From positions 3,561-67,560 of the forward strand of contig CBDDBH010000026.1 of NCBI GenBank assembly GCA_965225625.1: 64,000 nucleotides of DNA. Reading direction: 5' to 3'. Below, in pieces: positions 18,388 to 28,402 of this stretch. The translations under genes were made by a program, and so were the position numbers. Under the pieces are notes generated by a model. The model was not told where the DNA came from. It saw nothing but the letters and a program-made list of their open reading frames with translations, and did not search any database. Source of the DNA: Gammaproteobacteria bacterium (lineage in GTDB: Bacteria; Pseudomonadota; Gammaproteobacteria; JADZEE01). The first letter of the stretch is position 1. Every line of letters starts with the position of its first letter.

Positions 18388-19587
18388 GTGTTGGGCCGCG
18401 ACCTTGTAATGCTTTCATCGAGTTCACTGCTCGCCTATCGCCTGCGCTCGGCGCTTACCATTTTAGGTATCCTCGTCGGCATCGCCGCGGTCGTGCTTCT
18501 GACTTCCATCGGTGAAGGTGTGCGGGTATTTGTGCTCGACGAATTCACGCAGTTCGGCACCAACATTCTGGCGATTACTCCAGGCAAAACTGAAACCTTC
18601 GGCGCCCCTTCTGCCACCGTCAACACCGTGCGACCGCTGACGTTAGATGATGCCGCTGCATTGACAGCCGTCGAGGATGTGTTGGCCGTCGTTCCTGTAG
18701 TACAAGGCAACGCTGAAGTCGAATATGGCGCGCGCGCGCGCCGCAGCATGATAATCGGGGTGGGTGCGGAGGTACCCACTGTCTGGGGTCTACAGGTGCG
18801 TTCTGGACGGTTTCTGCCGGCCGATGATTTTCAGTCTGCGCGACCTTTTGCCGTACTGGGCTCGAAGATGCGCGAAGAACTATTTCGCGACAGAAACCCG
18901 CTTGGACAACGCATACGCATCGGCGGCGACCGCTACCGCATCATCGGCGTCATGGAACCCAAAGGTCAATTGCTTGGCTTTGATTTGGATGACACGGTTT
19001 ACGTGCCCGCAAGCAAAGCCATGGAGCTGTTCGATCGCGACAGCGTTATGGAGATCGATTTAGCCTATGCCGGGCACGCGAGCGTGGAACGCATCAGCAG
19101 TGCCGTATCTCGCTTGATGATCAGCCGTCACGGTCACGAAGACTTTACGCTGACGACGCAAGATCAGATGCTGGAGATCCTGGACGACGTGCTCAACGTG
19201 TTGACCTTGGGCGTGGCTGCGCTCGGCGGCATCTCACTAATGGTCGGTGCCGTAGGGATCCTCACCATAATGACAATCGCCGTAGCGGAACGAACGCCGG
19301 AAATCGGTTTACTCCGTGCATTAGGCGCAACCGGTCGGCAAGTGATGTCATTGTTTCTCACCGAGGCCGTGGTACTGGGCGCGGTGGGCGGGCTTGCCGG
19401 AATTGCCGTGGCGTTGTCGCTGGTTACTGTGGCCGGCTTATTCGTACCGGCGCTGCCGCTGGAGGCTGCGCCGCGCTATCTTGGCGCCGCTTTGTTGTTG
19501 TCGATCATGATTGGTTTACTCGCGGGGATCCTGCCGGCGCTGCGCGCTTCGGCGATGCAACCGCTCGATGCGTTGCGCACGGAATGA
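18388..19587 (+). CDS. ABC transporter permease (MacB/FtsX type), second subunit
   Basis: GTG 18388; RSALTILGILVGIAAV, ERTPEIGLLRALGA, PLDALRTE. Confidence 0.93.
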   Translation: MLGRDLVMLSSSSLLAYRLRSALTILGILVGIAAVVLLTSIGEGVRVFVLDEFTQFGTNILAITPGKTETFGAPSATVNTVRPLTLDDAAALTAVEDVLAVVPVVQGNAEVEYGARARRSMIIGVGAEVPTVWGLQVRSGRFLPADDFQSARPFAVLGSKMREELFRDRNPLGQRIRIGGDRYRIIGVMEPKGQLLGFDLDDTVYVPASKAMELFDRDSVMEIDLAYAGHASVERISSAVSRLMISRHGHEDFTLTTQDQMLEILDDVLNVLTLGVAALGGISLMVGAVGILTIMTIAVAERTPEIGLLRALGATGRQVMSLFLTEAVVLGAVGGLAGIAVALSLVTVAGLFVPALPLEAAPRYLGAALLLSIMIGLLAGILPALRASAMQPLDALRTE

Positions 19588-19843
19588 ACGACAACACGGC
19601 ATAAGTTTGCTGGTCGGCTGACAGTGATGTTCCATTGCTAACAGATGCTTTTCTGGGTACCGCGGATGACGGACTGGATCTCGGTTTTGCACGACACGAA
19701 GATGGTTACCAGGCGGTCTTGAAAGTCAATTTCTGAAACAGTAAGGTGTTCTATCAGCAGCCGCGCCCACTTGCGGCTGATGCGGAGCGCTCCCCATAAT
19801 TCAATTACGTGTCACCGAAGCACTGGTCAGCCTGACACTGGCT

Positions 19844-21442
19844 TTGATATTAGCAATCGCTTTGGTGCTGCCGGATCATCTGATCCAGGCGATCTCGGGT
19901 ATAAATCGAGCCGTGTACACCCCTGCGGTGTACGGAGCCATCTACGTTTTCGCATCGCTAATATTACTGATAAAACCGCTTCGATTTATTCTCGGGGCTC
20001 TGGCGCTACTCGGTGTTATGGAGTTGCTGCATTTTTGCTATTTGGTCTATTTCGGCGGCGTAATTGATGCCAACGTAATCATGTACGCGCTGGCCGAGCA
20101 TGCCGATGTGGCAGACGCGGGCATCGCCGTTTCACTGCATCTGTTTTACACACCCTTTCTTGTCTTGCTGCCATACGGCGCAGCTTGTTTTTGCATTGCC
20201 CGCTACGACTCGGACCGCCTCAAGATACCGCTGGTGGGGGTGCTGGTGATCTGCATCGTCGCGACCGTACCGTACAAGATAATAAGCAGCGGCAACCCGG
20301 TGAAATATTTCCCGATTGACGCGTACCCATCATTCGCGAACTCTTATCTGACCGCATCGATGCTCGTTGCCAACCACCTGCCGCATCTAGTCATGACGAG
20401 TATGTTTCAAAATTCCTCTGGTGCCTACGCGCGAGTCAGCGTCGCCGAGACGGGCATGGCCGATGAAATGACGATCGTGTTGGTCATGAGCGAGAGCCTC
20501 GCACCGCAGCGTATGTCCCTGTTCGGATTTGAACGACCGACAACGCCGATGCTCGAAACCTTGAGCTCCAACCCGATGTTCGTCGCGCACCAAGGTATCG
20601 CCGCGGGTGTGGGGACCCTCACCTCGTTTTATTCGTTCTGGAACGGTGTACGGGATCCGAAGAATCAAGACGAATTTGCCCGTCAGACGACGAACATTTT
20701 CCGACTGGCCAAGAACCATGGGTTCCACACTACCTTCATTTCCTCGCAGGGAAACAATCTATTGCGCGGGGCCGGCACCAGGTTCCTGGATGATCTGATA
20801 ACCCGGGATTCCGCCGAAAGCGACTACGCCCAGTTCCACGACGAAATGCTCCTCAAGCATGCAAAGCAGATCGCACTGGGGGACAGGAATTTGATTGTGC
20901 TGCACCAACGCAGTGCGCATGGTCCGTACGCACATAATTATCGATACCACGAAGAACTGGCAATCTTCCCTACCACCGGTCTCGGTTACGCCGATTATCA
21001 GAGGAATAGCTACGATAACGCCGTGCGCTACAGTGATTATATAATCTATCAGCTGCTGGATTTTTTCCGCAGCACCGTGCAAGGACCTCTATATTTTATC
21101 GTTACCTCGGACCATGGTCAGCTCCTGGGCGATAACGCGAAAGGACTGTTCGGCCACGGCAGACTGGAGTCGGACATTGCCCGCGTTCCCGTACTCTTTT
21201 TCATGCCGGGGGGCGATAGACGAATCGTGGAGCGGGTTAAACGCCTGCACAACCCCACGCATTTCGAACTGACAGAATTGATCAGCAACTTACTCGGCTA
21301 TGAAATCACCGATCCCAACGCTGAAGCTGGCGTGTATTACGTCAATGGGACGGGTTCTTACGGCCGGCACGGCTACATCAGGGTAATTAAAAGTCCTGAG
21401 CCGGGCGGGGCAACGGCTTACAACGTCGTCCCGGCGGGCTAA
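19844..21442 (+). CDS. Membrane-anchored sulfatase-superfamily enzyme, phosphoethanolamine-transferase-like (start uncertain; frame open back to 19781)
   Basis: N-terminal TM helices; LVMSESL, candidate Thr nucleophile GVGTLTS, LHQRSAHGPY, YDNAVRYSD, TSDHGQ. Confidence 0.8.
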   Translation: MILAIALVLPDHLIQAISGINRAVYTPAVYGAIYVFASLILLIKPLRFILGALALLGVMELLHFCYLVYFGGVIDANVIMYALAEHADVADAGIAVSLHLFYTPFLVLLPYGAACFCIARYDSDRLKIPLVGVLVICIVATVPYKIISSGNPVKYFPIDAYPSFANSYLTASMLVANHLPHLVMTSMFQNSSGAYARVSVAETGMADEMTIVLVMSESLAPQRMSLFGFERPTTPMLETLSSNPMFVAHQGIAAGVGTLTSFYSFWNGVRDPKNQDEFARQTTNIFRLAKNHGFHTTFISSQGNNLLRGAGTRFLDDLITRDSAESDYAQFHDEMLLKHAKQIALGDRNLIVLHQRSAHGPYAHNYRYHEELAIFPTTGLGYADYQRNSYDNAVRYSDYIIYQLLDFFRSTVQGPLYFIVTSDHGQLLGDNAKGLFGHGRLESDIARVPVLFFMPGGDRRIVERVKRLHNPTHFELTELISNLLGYEITDPNAEAGVYYVNGTGSYGRHGYIRVIKSPEPGGATAYNVVPAG

Positions 21443-22107
21443 GGCTGCAAACGTGTCACCGTCCATTCGCCACCCGCATAACCGTCGCCGGTTTCGGTTA
21501 GCGTTCGCGTCCACAATCCGCGGTCGTGAGCACGTCCCTCCGCGCCAACCCATAGTTCGATACGCTCACAATAGATCCGATAGCCTCCCCAGTTCGGCGG
21601 GCGCGGCACCGGTAGCTCGGATGCGTCTCCAAACCTATCCTCGCACTGCGCGAGCCTGTCGAGCAACGCACTGCGCGAACCAATGGCGGCACTTTGATCG
21701 CTCGCCCAGGCAGCGATTTGGGCCGGGCGCGGGCGCTTGGAAAAATACGCATCCGATTCCGTTTCCGGAGAGACGACCACCGGACCCTCAATGCGTACCT
21801 GGCGCTGCATCGAATCCCAGTGAAATACGGCTGCCGCATAAGGCTGCTGTGTTAGTTCGCGTCCTTTGCGACTTTGCCAGTTGGTGTAAAAAACTATATA
21901 GCCGGGCTCGGCCGCAAACCCGCGGCACAGCACCATACGCGCCGAAGGACGACCAGTAGCGTCCACTGTAGCAACACTCATGGCAAGTGGGTTTCTGCGA
22001 TCTGCGCGTTGTTCCGCTTCGGTGAACCAACGACCCAGAATGGCGAACGGCTCAGTCGGTAAAGGATCTGCGAGAGAAGGATCGGAAGGGATGTCTTGAT
22101 AAAGCAT
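21439..22107 (-). CDS. pdxH: Pyridoxine/pyridoxamine 5'-phosphate oxidase
   Basis: PSARMVL, FYTNWQSRKG, RQVRIEG, PRPPNWGGY, RAHDR, RLQP. Confidence 0.95.
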   Translation of the reverse strand: MLYQDIPSDPSLADPLPTEPFAILGRWFTEAEQRADRRNPLAMSVATVDATGRPSARMVLCRGFAAEPGYIVFYTNWQSRKGRELTQQPYAAAVFHWDSMQRQVRIEGPVVVSPETESDAYFSKRPRPAQIAAWASDQSAAIGSRSALLDRLAQCEDRFGDASELPVPRPPNWGGYRIYCERIELWVGAEGRAHDRGLWTRTLTETGDGYAGGEWTVTRLQP

Positions 22108-22186
22108 GATCTAGGGTTGGCGTTCAGCGGCGCCCTGCGATTTACTCAGTAGTCTGCGTAGCAGGCGTCGCGGGGTGAGCGGCTGC

Positions 22187-22834
22187 TCAGCCGGCTAACG
22201 CATCGGCCAGCTTAAACTCGGCTTCGGTTCGCGTGCGGATCTCGGTAACGCCGACATCCGGCGCTAATTCTACAAGAGTCAAACCAGTTTGATTAATCTC
22301 GAACACACCGAGATCGGTGATAAGGACGTCGACAACGTTGACGCCCGTCAACGGCAATGTACATTCCCTCAGCAACTTCGCCGAGCCGTCTTTAGCATTG
22401 TGATCCATCAGCACGACGACGCGTTTTACGCCTGCAACCAGATCCATAGCGCCGCCCATACCCTTGACCATTTTGCCGGGGATCATCCAGTTCGCGAGGT
22501 CGCCGTTTTGCGAAACTTGCATGGCGCCGAGTATCGACAGATCCATATGTCCGCCACGGATCATCGCGAAACTATCGGCACTGGAAAAATAACTGGTTTG
22601 CGCTAATTCTGTGATCGTTTGTTTACCCGCGTTAATGAGATCCGGATCGACCTCCTCTTCCAGTGGAAAAGGGCCCATACCCAACATGCCATTTTCGCTT
22701 TGTAAGGTAACGTGCATACCCTCGGGTATGTAGTTTGAAACCAAGGTCGGAATACCGATGCCCAGATTTACATAAAACCCGTCCTGCAACTCCAACGCCG
22801 CGCGTTGTGCGGTTTCCTGTCTCGTCCACGGCAT
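22187..22834 (-). CDS. scoB: 3-oxoacid CoA-transferase subunit B
   Basis: VNLGIGIPT, catalytic [13 protein letters not shown]; ATG 22834. Confidence 0.95.
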   Translation of the reverse strand: MPWTRQETAQRAALELQDGFYVNLGIGIPTLVSNYIPEGMHVTLQSENGMLGMGPFPLEEEVDPDLINAGKQTITELAQTSYFSSADSFAMIRGGHMDLSILGAMQVSQNGDLANWMIPGKMVKGMGGAMDLVAGVKRVVVLMDHNAKDGSAKLLRECTLPLTGVNVVDVLITDLGVFEINQTGLTLVELAPDVGVTEIRTRTEAEFKLADALAG

Positions 22835-22848
22835 CGTTCGCTCCCCGC

Positions 22849-23550
22849 TCACGCGCTCTCGCGAACCGTGCGCTGTTCGATACGTTTTTCGAAATGTTCA
22901 CCCTTTATTATCCGGTTGACGTGGATCCCCGGGGTATGGATGTGGTCAGGATCGAGTTCGCCGATATCGACGACACCCTCAACTTCGGCGATGGTTACTT
23001 TGCCGGCAACCGCCATCATCGGATTGAAGTTGCGTGCCGTCTTGCGATAGATGAGATTCCCCTCCCGGTCCGCGCGCCAGGCTTTGACGATCGAAAGATC
23101 AGCCGTAAGGCCCGTTTCCAAAACATATGTTTCACCGTCAAATTCTTTATGTTCTTTGCCTTCCGCAATTAGCGTGCCCACACCGGTCTTGGTGTAAAAA
23201 CCAGGAATTCCCGCCCCGCCGGCGCGGATACGCTCCGCCAGCGTTCCTTGTGGATTGAATTCGAGTTCCAACTCGCCGGCAAGATACTGCTGCTCAAATG
23301 TCTTGTTCTCGCCGACGTAGGAGGAAAGCATTTTTTTAACTTGGCGTGTTTGCAACAGGATCCCGAGCCCAAAGTCATCGATGCCCGCGTTGTTGCTGAT
23401 TACGGTCAGATCTTTGGCACCCGAATCGTGGATCGCACGGATCAGGTGCTCGGGGATCCCGCATAAGCCGAAGCCACCGGCCATGATGGTTATGCCGTCG
23501 GCAATCACTCCGTCGAGAGCCGCGTTAGCGTTCGCGAATTCTTTGTTCAT
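22849..23550 (-). CDS. scoA: 3-oxoacid CoA-transferase subunit A
   Basis: [38 protein letters not shown]. Confidence 0.95.
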   Translation of the reverse strand: MNKEFANANAALDGVIADGITIMAGGFGLCGIPEHLIRAIHDSGAKDLTVISNNAGIDDFGLGILLQTRQVKKMLSSYVGENKTFEQQYLAGELELEFNPQGTLAERIRAGGAGIPGFYTKTGVGTLIAEGKEHKEFDGETYVLETGLTADLSIVKAWRADREGNLIYRKTARNFNPMMAVAGKVTIAEVEGVVDIGELDPDHIHTPGIHVNRIIKGEHFEKRIEQRTVRESA

Positions 23551-23587
23551 TGTTTACAGTCCTGGGGTATCTCGCTCTACATTACCG

Positions 23588-24622
23588 CTAATGCTGCAAC
23601 GCTTCGCCTGCCGGACCCTCTCCTGGCATTATCTCGATGGGCTCGTCGCTGCCTGGCTCGAAACATCGCAACCACTCGTCTAAGCCTGCGCGTTGCGTGT
23701 TCAGATACGCGGCCTGGCGTAGCGCGATTCGAGTAGCATTGCGATGCCATTTACTGGGTCCCGCGACAAACGCAGCCGGATCGTCACCCGCGAGAAGTGC
23801 GGCATTCGTGCGCGCCTTTGCCGTTACGAAGTCCTGGTGACCGTGTTCGTTCAGCAGTTCTTGAAATTCATCAAACGCCGCCTGGTCAAACGGCTTGCCT
23901 CGACCGAGCTTATCGTAGGTTGGATGGTCTGGATAAAGCGTCAGACAGGGAACCAGCCCTTCGGGGATGGGACTGGTTGCGGCGTGGGTGCGCTTGCTCT
24001 TCAATAATTTGGGCAATACATGGGTATGCGGTCCCAGCGGAGTCTGACCCGATCCGTCAGCCGCCGGTATCGGTTGATATACCTCGACCCGTCCCATACG
24101 TGAAAGTGCGACCCGATTTGGCGAGGAGGCGACGATGTTGGCCATTGCTGAATTATGTGGGTCAAACAATGAGCGGCCTTGCTCAGCTCTGAGTGTCTTA
24201 ATCAATTCTGGCTCCGCGGTGCGGATGCAAAATTGTAGATAAGCCGTACCCATACCCATGTCGAATAGCAAATCCCCGTCGGCGCCATCGCGTAGCGCCT
24301 GTGTATCGGGTCCAAGTTCTGTCAGCGTGTCGCGTGCGGGCATGGCGGCGTCTGCCTCGAGAAGACAAAACGCGACGCTTTGCGACCAATCATGAGTACA
24401 CGTTGCCAGGGTCTCAAATGCGATTGGCTTAGCCGCCGCGGAATCGGCAATTGCGATGGCACCGCGCTCGGTGACAATTGCGGACTTTGCAGAAGCGTCG
24501 TGAAACTGCAACGGCTCGTCGGCGTCGTAAACGAACTCGGCTATCGCGCCGAAAATGCCAATGCTCCAACCACTGCTGGCACGCCGCAAGTGCTGCTCGA
24601 TCATCCGCTTGCCGGAATTCAT
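23588..24622 (-). CDS. Uncharacterised protein, translationally coupled to the nitrile hydratase genes
   Basis: 344 aa; WSIGIFGAIAEF and GPHTHVLPKLL blocks; 4-bp ATGA overlap with the accessory gene. Confidence 0.75.
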   Translation of the reverse strand: MNSGKRMIEQHLRRASSGWSIGIFGAIAEFVYDADEPLQFHDASAKSAIVTERGAIAIADSAAAKPIAFETLATCTHDWSQSVAFCLLEADAAMPARDTLTELGPDTQALRDGADGDLLFDMGMGTAYLQFCIRTAEPELIKTLRAEQGRSLFDPHNSAMANIVASSPNRVALSRMGRVEVYQPIPAADGSGQTPLGPHTHVLPKLLKSKRTHAATSPIPEGLVPCLTLYPDHPTYDKLGRGKPFDQAAFDEFQELLNEHGHQDFVTAKARTNAALLAGDDPAAFVAGPSKWHRNATRIALRQAAYLNTQRAGLDEWLRCFEPGSDEPIEIMPGEGPAGEALQH

Positions 24623-24996
24623 CGTTGTGCCTCCGTCGCGCGTTTTTGTAATTCTATCGGTTCACCATGCGGTGTCGCGGCTGCCGCCTCGGCCCAGGCC
24701 GCCTTCCGGTCCAACAACTCCTCAGCAACTACCAGACCTTTGGCGGACACCAGTTTCTCCAACGCACGCAGCCAATGCTGGTAATAGGTGTCTCCGAGAT
24801 CTGGATCGCCCGCCGCCTGGGCCGCTTTGATTTCAACGCCCAGTTGATCCGCCCATTCACTCCAGTCGAAATGGCCCTGTTCGACCAGACTTACCACCAT
24901 GCCGAATGCCTGTGCCTGCCACGGTTCTCGAAAGATCGGTCCGTCTTCGTCTTTACGCAACAGCGGCAAATCAGGTATTTCAGTCACGTTGGTCAA
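24619..24996 (-). CDS. Nitrile hydratase accessory/activator protein (P14K-like)
   Basis: PIFREPWQAQAFG, YYQHWLRALE, ATPHGEPIEL; follows nthB. Confidence 0.92.
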   Translation of the reverse strand: MTNVTEIPDLPLLRKDEDGPIFREPWQAQAFGMVVSLVEQGHFDWSEWADQLGVEIKAAQAAGDPDLGDTYYQHWLRALEKLVSAKGLVVAEELLDRKAAWAEAAAATPHGEPIELQKRATEAQR

Positions 24997-25649
24997 ACCG
25001 GATCGAGGTAGTCATCGAAAAGATCGAAATATATCGCCTCGCCATCATTGCCCTGCTCACCCCAAAGCTCCTTGGAGCTGAAGCGCGCCGCATAACAATG
25101 CTGGAGATGCTCGCCCTGGCCATGTGCGGCCGTATCAGGCAAATAGTAGACCCCATGATCACGGGCGATAGTACCCAGCTTGCCGCGCACATAGGCTGCG
25201 ACACGAGTATGCGTCGGCGGATTCAAATTACGCACCAACACTTCATCGCCAACGGCGAAATGTGCCCCAACCTCCACTTCCTGCGGGGGCGGCACCATCT
25301 TCAGGATGGCGGGAACCATCTCCGGAGGAATTGCCTGCACCGGTTCGGCAAGCGGCACGGCTGCAGTGCTGCCATCCAGTTCGCCGGCGGTTACCAAGCC
25401 CCGCTCCTGCAGCAAGGTGGTAAATCCGACCAGCCATTTCTCGTAGTAGCTCAAACTTAGGTAACTAGCCGGGGCCATGCGTTCGATGGAATGGCGAACC
25501 TGATCGACGATGAAAAAACCCAATCCTAGGGTGAGATTCATCATGCCAAAAATCCGACCCTCCCATGGCGCATGAAAAATCGGTTCGTTTTCTTCCGGAA
25601 CCACCGGACCGTAGCAATGCATACCACCCATATCGTGAACACCATTCAT
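24993..25649 (-). CDS. nthB: Nitrile hydratase beta subunit
   Basis: MNGVHDMGG, FHAPWE, RHSIERM, SYYEKW, HTR..YVRGKLG. Confidence 0.96.
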   Translation of the reverse strand: MNGVHDMGGMHCYGPVVPEENEPIFHAPWEGRIFGMMNLTLGLGFFIVDQVRHSIERMAPASYLSLSYYEKWLVGFTTLLQERGLVTAGELDGSTAAVPLAEPVQAIPPEMVPAILKMVPPPQEVEVGAHFAVGDEVLVRNLNPPTHTRVAAYVRGKLGTIARDHGVYYLPDTAAHGQGEHLQHCYAARFSSKELWGEQGNDGEAIYFDLFDDYLDPV

Positions 25650-25663
25650 CGTGTCAACCTCAT

Positions 25664-26263
25664 TTAGGTTACTGCGTCGACCTGACGCGTGCCGACCATG
25701 GCATCGCGGGATACCAGCTCGGCGAGTTGTTCCTCAGCGAAATTTTCGGTCCCGGCCGGCCGTTGCGGGATCACCAGATAACGTACTTCGGCGCTGCTGT
25801 CCCAAATACGGATCTCGACATCGTCAGCCAACTCGGTGCCGAAGTCTCGTAAAACACCGCGCGGTTCGCGTACCGCGCGCGCTCGATACGGCGCGGATTT
25901 GTACCAGGTAGGCGGCAATCCCAACAGCGCCCACGGATAGCAGGAACACAGCGTGCATACGATGAGGTTGTGGACTTGTGGGGTATTTTCGACCGCCACA
26001 ACGTGGCCCGCTTCCATGCCCGCCAGGCCCAACTCCGCGACGGCCGCGGATCCATCCTCTAGCAGCCGCTTTTTATAGTCCGCGTCGACCCAGGCCCGAG
26101 CGACAATTTTCGCGCCGTTATGCGGACCCACTTGGGTTTCATAAGCATCGACGAGCGCATCGACCGTGGCCGGATTGATGATGCCTTTTTCGCTCAACAG
26201 AGATTCCAGCGCTTTGACGCGCAATACAACATCGGGCAACGGTGCATCGTGATCATGTGCCAT
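25664..26263 (-). CDS. nthA: Cobalt-type nitrile hydratase alpha subunit
   Basis: [10 protein letters not shown] (Thr/Tyr = Co-type); ATG 26263 after GGAGG. Confidence 0.97.
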   Translation of the reverse strand: MAHDHDAPLPDVVLRVKALESLLSEKGIINPATVDALVDAYETQVGPHNGAKIVARAWVDADYKKRLLEDGSAAVAELGLAGMEAGHVVAVENTPQVHNLIVCTLCSCYPWALLGLPPTWYKSAPYRARAVREPRGVLRDFGTELADDVEIRIWDSSAEVRYLVIPQRPAGTENFAEEQLAELVSRDAMVGTRQVDAVT

Positions 26264-26416
26264 GGATTCATCCTCCGTTCCGGTATTGTCGCGCCCGCAC
26301 AATCGCAGGGCAACTAGCCAGCTAAGTTGCTTGCGTCCGTTGGACTCCAGGCCGACCCTCCCACTATAACTTTCCTGCTGTAAGATGAGGCGCTGCAACC
26401 GTGGAGGAATTGCAAG

Positions 26417-26866
26417 TTGGATATTACCGGCGAATATAAAATTGCGGCGCCACCGGAGCGCGTCTGGGAAGCCCTCAACGACCCGGACGTCCTGCGCCAG
26501 GCCATCCCGGGCTGTGAGGCGATGACCGCACTGTCCGACACTGAAATTGAAGCAGTCATCGTTAACAAAATCGGTCCAGTGAAAGCCAAGTTCAAAACAG
26601 TGCTGAGCATTACAAATCTGAACCCGCCCAATAGCTACACCTTGAGTGGGGAGGGCAAAGGCGGTTTGGCTGGCTTTGGACGCGGCAGCGCCAACGTTAC
26701 GTTATCGCAAGACGGTAGCAACACGGTTTTGAGCTATACCGCTGATTTTGCGGTCGGCGGCAAGCTCGCGCAAATTGGCTCACGCCTGATCGTGGCGGCA
26801 ACACGCAAAATCGCCGACGATTTCTTTGCACGCTTCTCCGAGCTACTTAACGCCCAGGCTACTTAG
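26417..26866 (+). CDS. coxG: CoxG-like SRPBCC protein
   Basis: [36 protein letters not shown]. Confidence 0.88.
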   Translation: MDITGEYKIAAPPERVWEALNDPDVLRQAIPGCEAMTALSDTEIEAVIVNKIGPVKAKFKTVLSITNLNPPNSYTLSGEGKGGLAGFGRGSANVTLSQDGSNTVLSYTADFAVGGKLAQIGSRLIVAATRKIADDFFARFSELLNAQAT

Positions 26867-27374
26867 CCGGATTAACATGCCCGCAAGATGGGCATGTGCG
26901 TTTCTGCTCGTCGCCAACGTACTCGGCGGTCGCATCATTGATAAACCCGACCAGATTGCCGTGTATTTCCCCTTCGACGCCGCGCACGAGTTCATCGCAT
27001 TGCTGGCAATACCATTGCAATTGATCAGCCTGTCCAGCCCCGCGGTAGCGTTCGATGACCAGTCCTTTCGTTCCCGCCGGCCGCTGCGGGGAATGCGGGA
27101 CATTTGGCGGCAACAAGAACACCTCGCCGGCGCGTATCGGCAGATCTCGGGAGCGGCCGTCTTCACGGATTTTTAGGGTGATGTCGCCCTCGATCTGATA
27201 AAAAAATTCCTCCGTCGGGTTGACGTGCCAATCAGTGCGATCGTTACCGCCGAGCATCACCACGATGAAGTCGCCAGTGTCCGTCCAGACCGGTTTACCG
27301 CCGACAGGGGGTTGCAGAGATTCGGCATTGTCGGCAATGAATTTTTGGATATTGATTGGGGTGGGAACGCTCAT
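26859..27374 (-). CDS. nbaC: 3-hydroxyanthranilate 3,4-dioxygenase
   Basis: LQPPVG, RTDWHVNPTEEFFYQ, VPHSPQR, rubredoxin-like CQQC and CPSC; ATG 27374. Confidence 0.92.
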   Translation of the reverse strand: MSVPTPINIQKFIADNAESLQPPVGGKPVWTDTGDFIVVMLGGNDRTDWHVNPTEEFFYQIEGDITLKIREDGRSRDLPIRAGEVFLLPPNVPHSPQRPAGTKGLVIERYRGAGQADQLQWYCQQCDELVRGVEGEIHGNLVGFINDATAEYVGDEQKRTCPSCGHVNPAK

Positions 27375-27405
27375 GGGGCACACCTGCGGTGAATTGGATC
27401 CTGTT

Positions 27406-27804
27406 TCAATCGGCCAATGCGATCGCTTCGACTTCAATATCGAAATTAGCCGGCCAAGAGCCTACTGCGACAAAGGTTCGAGCCGGCGGGGCCTCAGGAA
27501 AGTACTCCCGATAAACCTTGTTAATAGAGTTGAAATGACCCGCGTTCGCAGCATACACGTTCACCTTGAGTATCTGCTCTAGCGAGGAGCCAGCCGCCTC
27601 TACGGCCGCTTTGATGTTCTCCATGCAGTGCCGTGTCTGAGTGACGATGTCGGCATCTACCAGCAGTTCGCCGGTGTCTTTGTCGATCGGCGGCGTACCC
27701 GAAACAAACACCAGACCGCCACCCTTGACGGCTGCTGATAGCGGAACATCCAAGCGCTCCAGAGCTTCCGTGATTTTTCCGACCCGGACAATTTCTTTCG
27801 GCAT
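27406..27804 (-). CDS. RidA/YjgF family imine deaminase (2-aminomuconate deaminase candidate)
   Basis: FVSG, NKVYREYF, PPART (conserved Arg), IEVEAIA; ATG 27804 after GGAGG. Confidence 0.88.
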   Translation of the reverse strand: MPKEIVRVGKITEALERLDVPLSAAVKGGGLVFVSGTPPIDKDTGELLVDADIVTQTRHCMENIKAAVEAAGSSLEQILKVNVYAANAGHFNSINKVYREYFPEAPPARTFVAVGSWPANFDIEVEAIALAD

Positions 27805-27890
27805 CGACAGCCTCCGCGTTAACGTCGGTTCATCCAGTGCACATATTGCACCAACGCGACGCACCCACGCCAGAGGTATTACCAGCGAAC

Positions 27891-27916
27891 AAAAAAAGGG
27901 GCGCTAGGCCCCTTTT
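27891..27916 (-). terminator. Rho-independent terminator (possibly bidirectional)
   Basis: AAAAGGGGC-GCTAG-GCCCCTTTT hairpin; A7 run gives the U-tract on the minus strand; lies just after ORF 27937..28200. Confidence 0.85.
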
Positions 27917-27936
27917 CTTGCTTCCGGCGATTAGTC

Positions 27937-28200
27937 TCAATCGCCGTCAGTAATCGGCGCCGTAATAATCTGTGCGGCACCTTCGATCACTTGCCCGGCG
28001 GCCTTTACCGCACCCTCAACCGGACCGGTAATGATGCCGATAGCACCTTGCTCTTCAATGTTATCAGCCGTTTCCGTTATCACTTTGGCCGGCGCCGTTA
28101 TCATCTTGCCCGCGCCTTCCGGTACATCTTCAGCGTCTGCGAATACTGGCTGTATCGCGAACAACCCTGCAAATAAGAACGTGACTAATAGCTTTTTCAC
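27937..28200 (-). CDS. Small exported hypothetical protein
   Basis: GTG 28200 after GGAGAG; signal peptide KKLLVTFLFAGLFAIQPVFA; followed by a terminator. Confidence 0.75.
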   Translation of the reverse strand: MKKLLVTFLFAGLFAIQPVFADAEDVPEGAGKMITAPAKVITETADNIEEQGAIGIITGPVEGAVKAAGQVIEGAAQIITAPITDGD

Positions 28201-28315
28201 CGATTTCTCTCCTTCTCTCAAATACTGGTTCACAATCACCATTCTACCTAGCTACGGATTCCGTTGCGAATCCGTGAGTTAGCACTCAATTAAGGGTACA
28301 GCTTGACCGCCACTA

Positions 28316-28333
28316 CCTGAACGTCGCCTGAAC
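28316..28333 (-). promoter_or_regulatory. Direct-repeat binding site for an OmpR/PhoP-family regulator
   Basis: GTTCAGG-N4-GTTCAGG on the minus strand (11-bp period) upstream of the small exported gene. Confidence 0.55.
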
Positions 28334-28402
28334 CGAAACCCCCGACCTCAACCGCGTACCGCGCGACTAATACTACAGGTCCAAACGCCGCGCGTGAACA
28401 CA

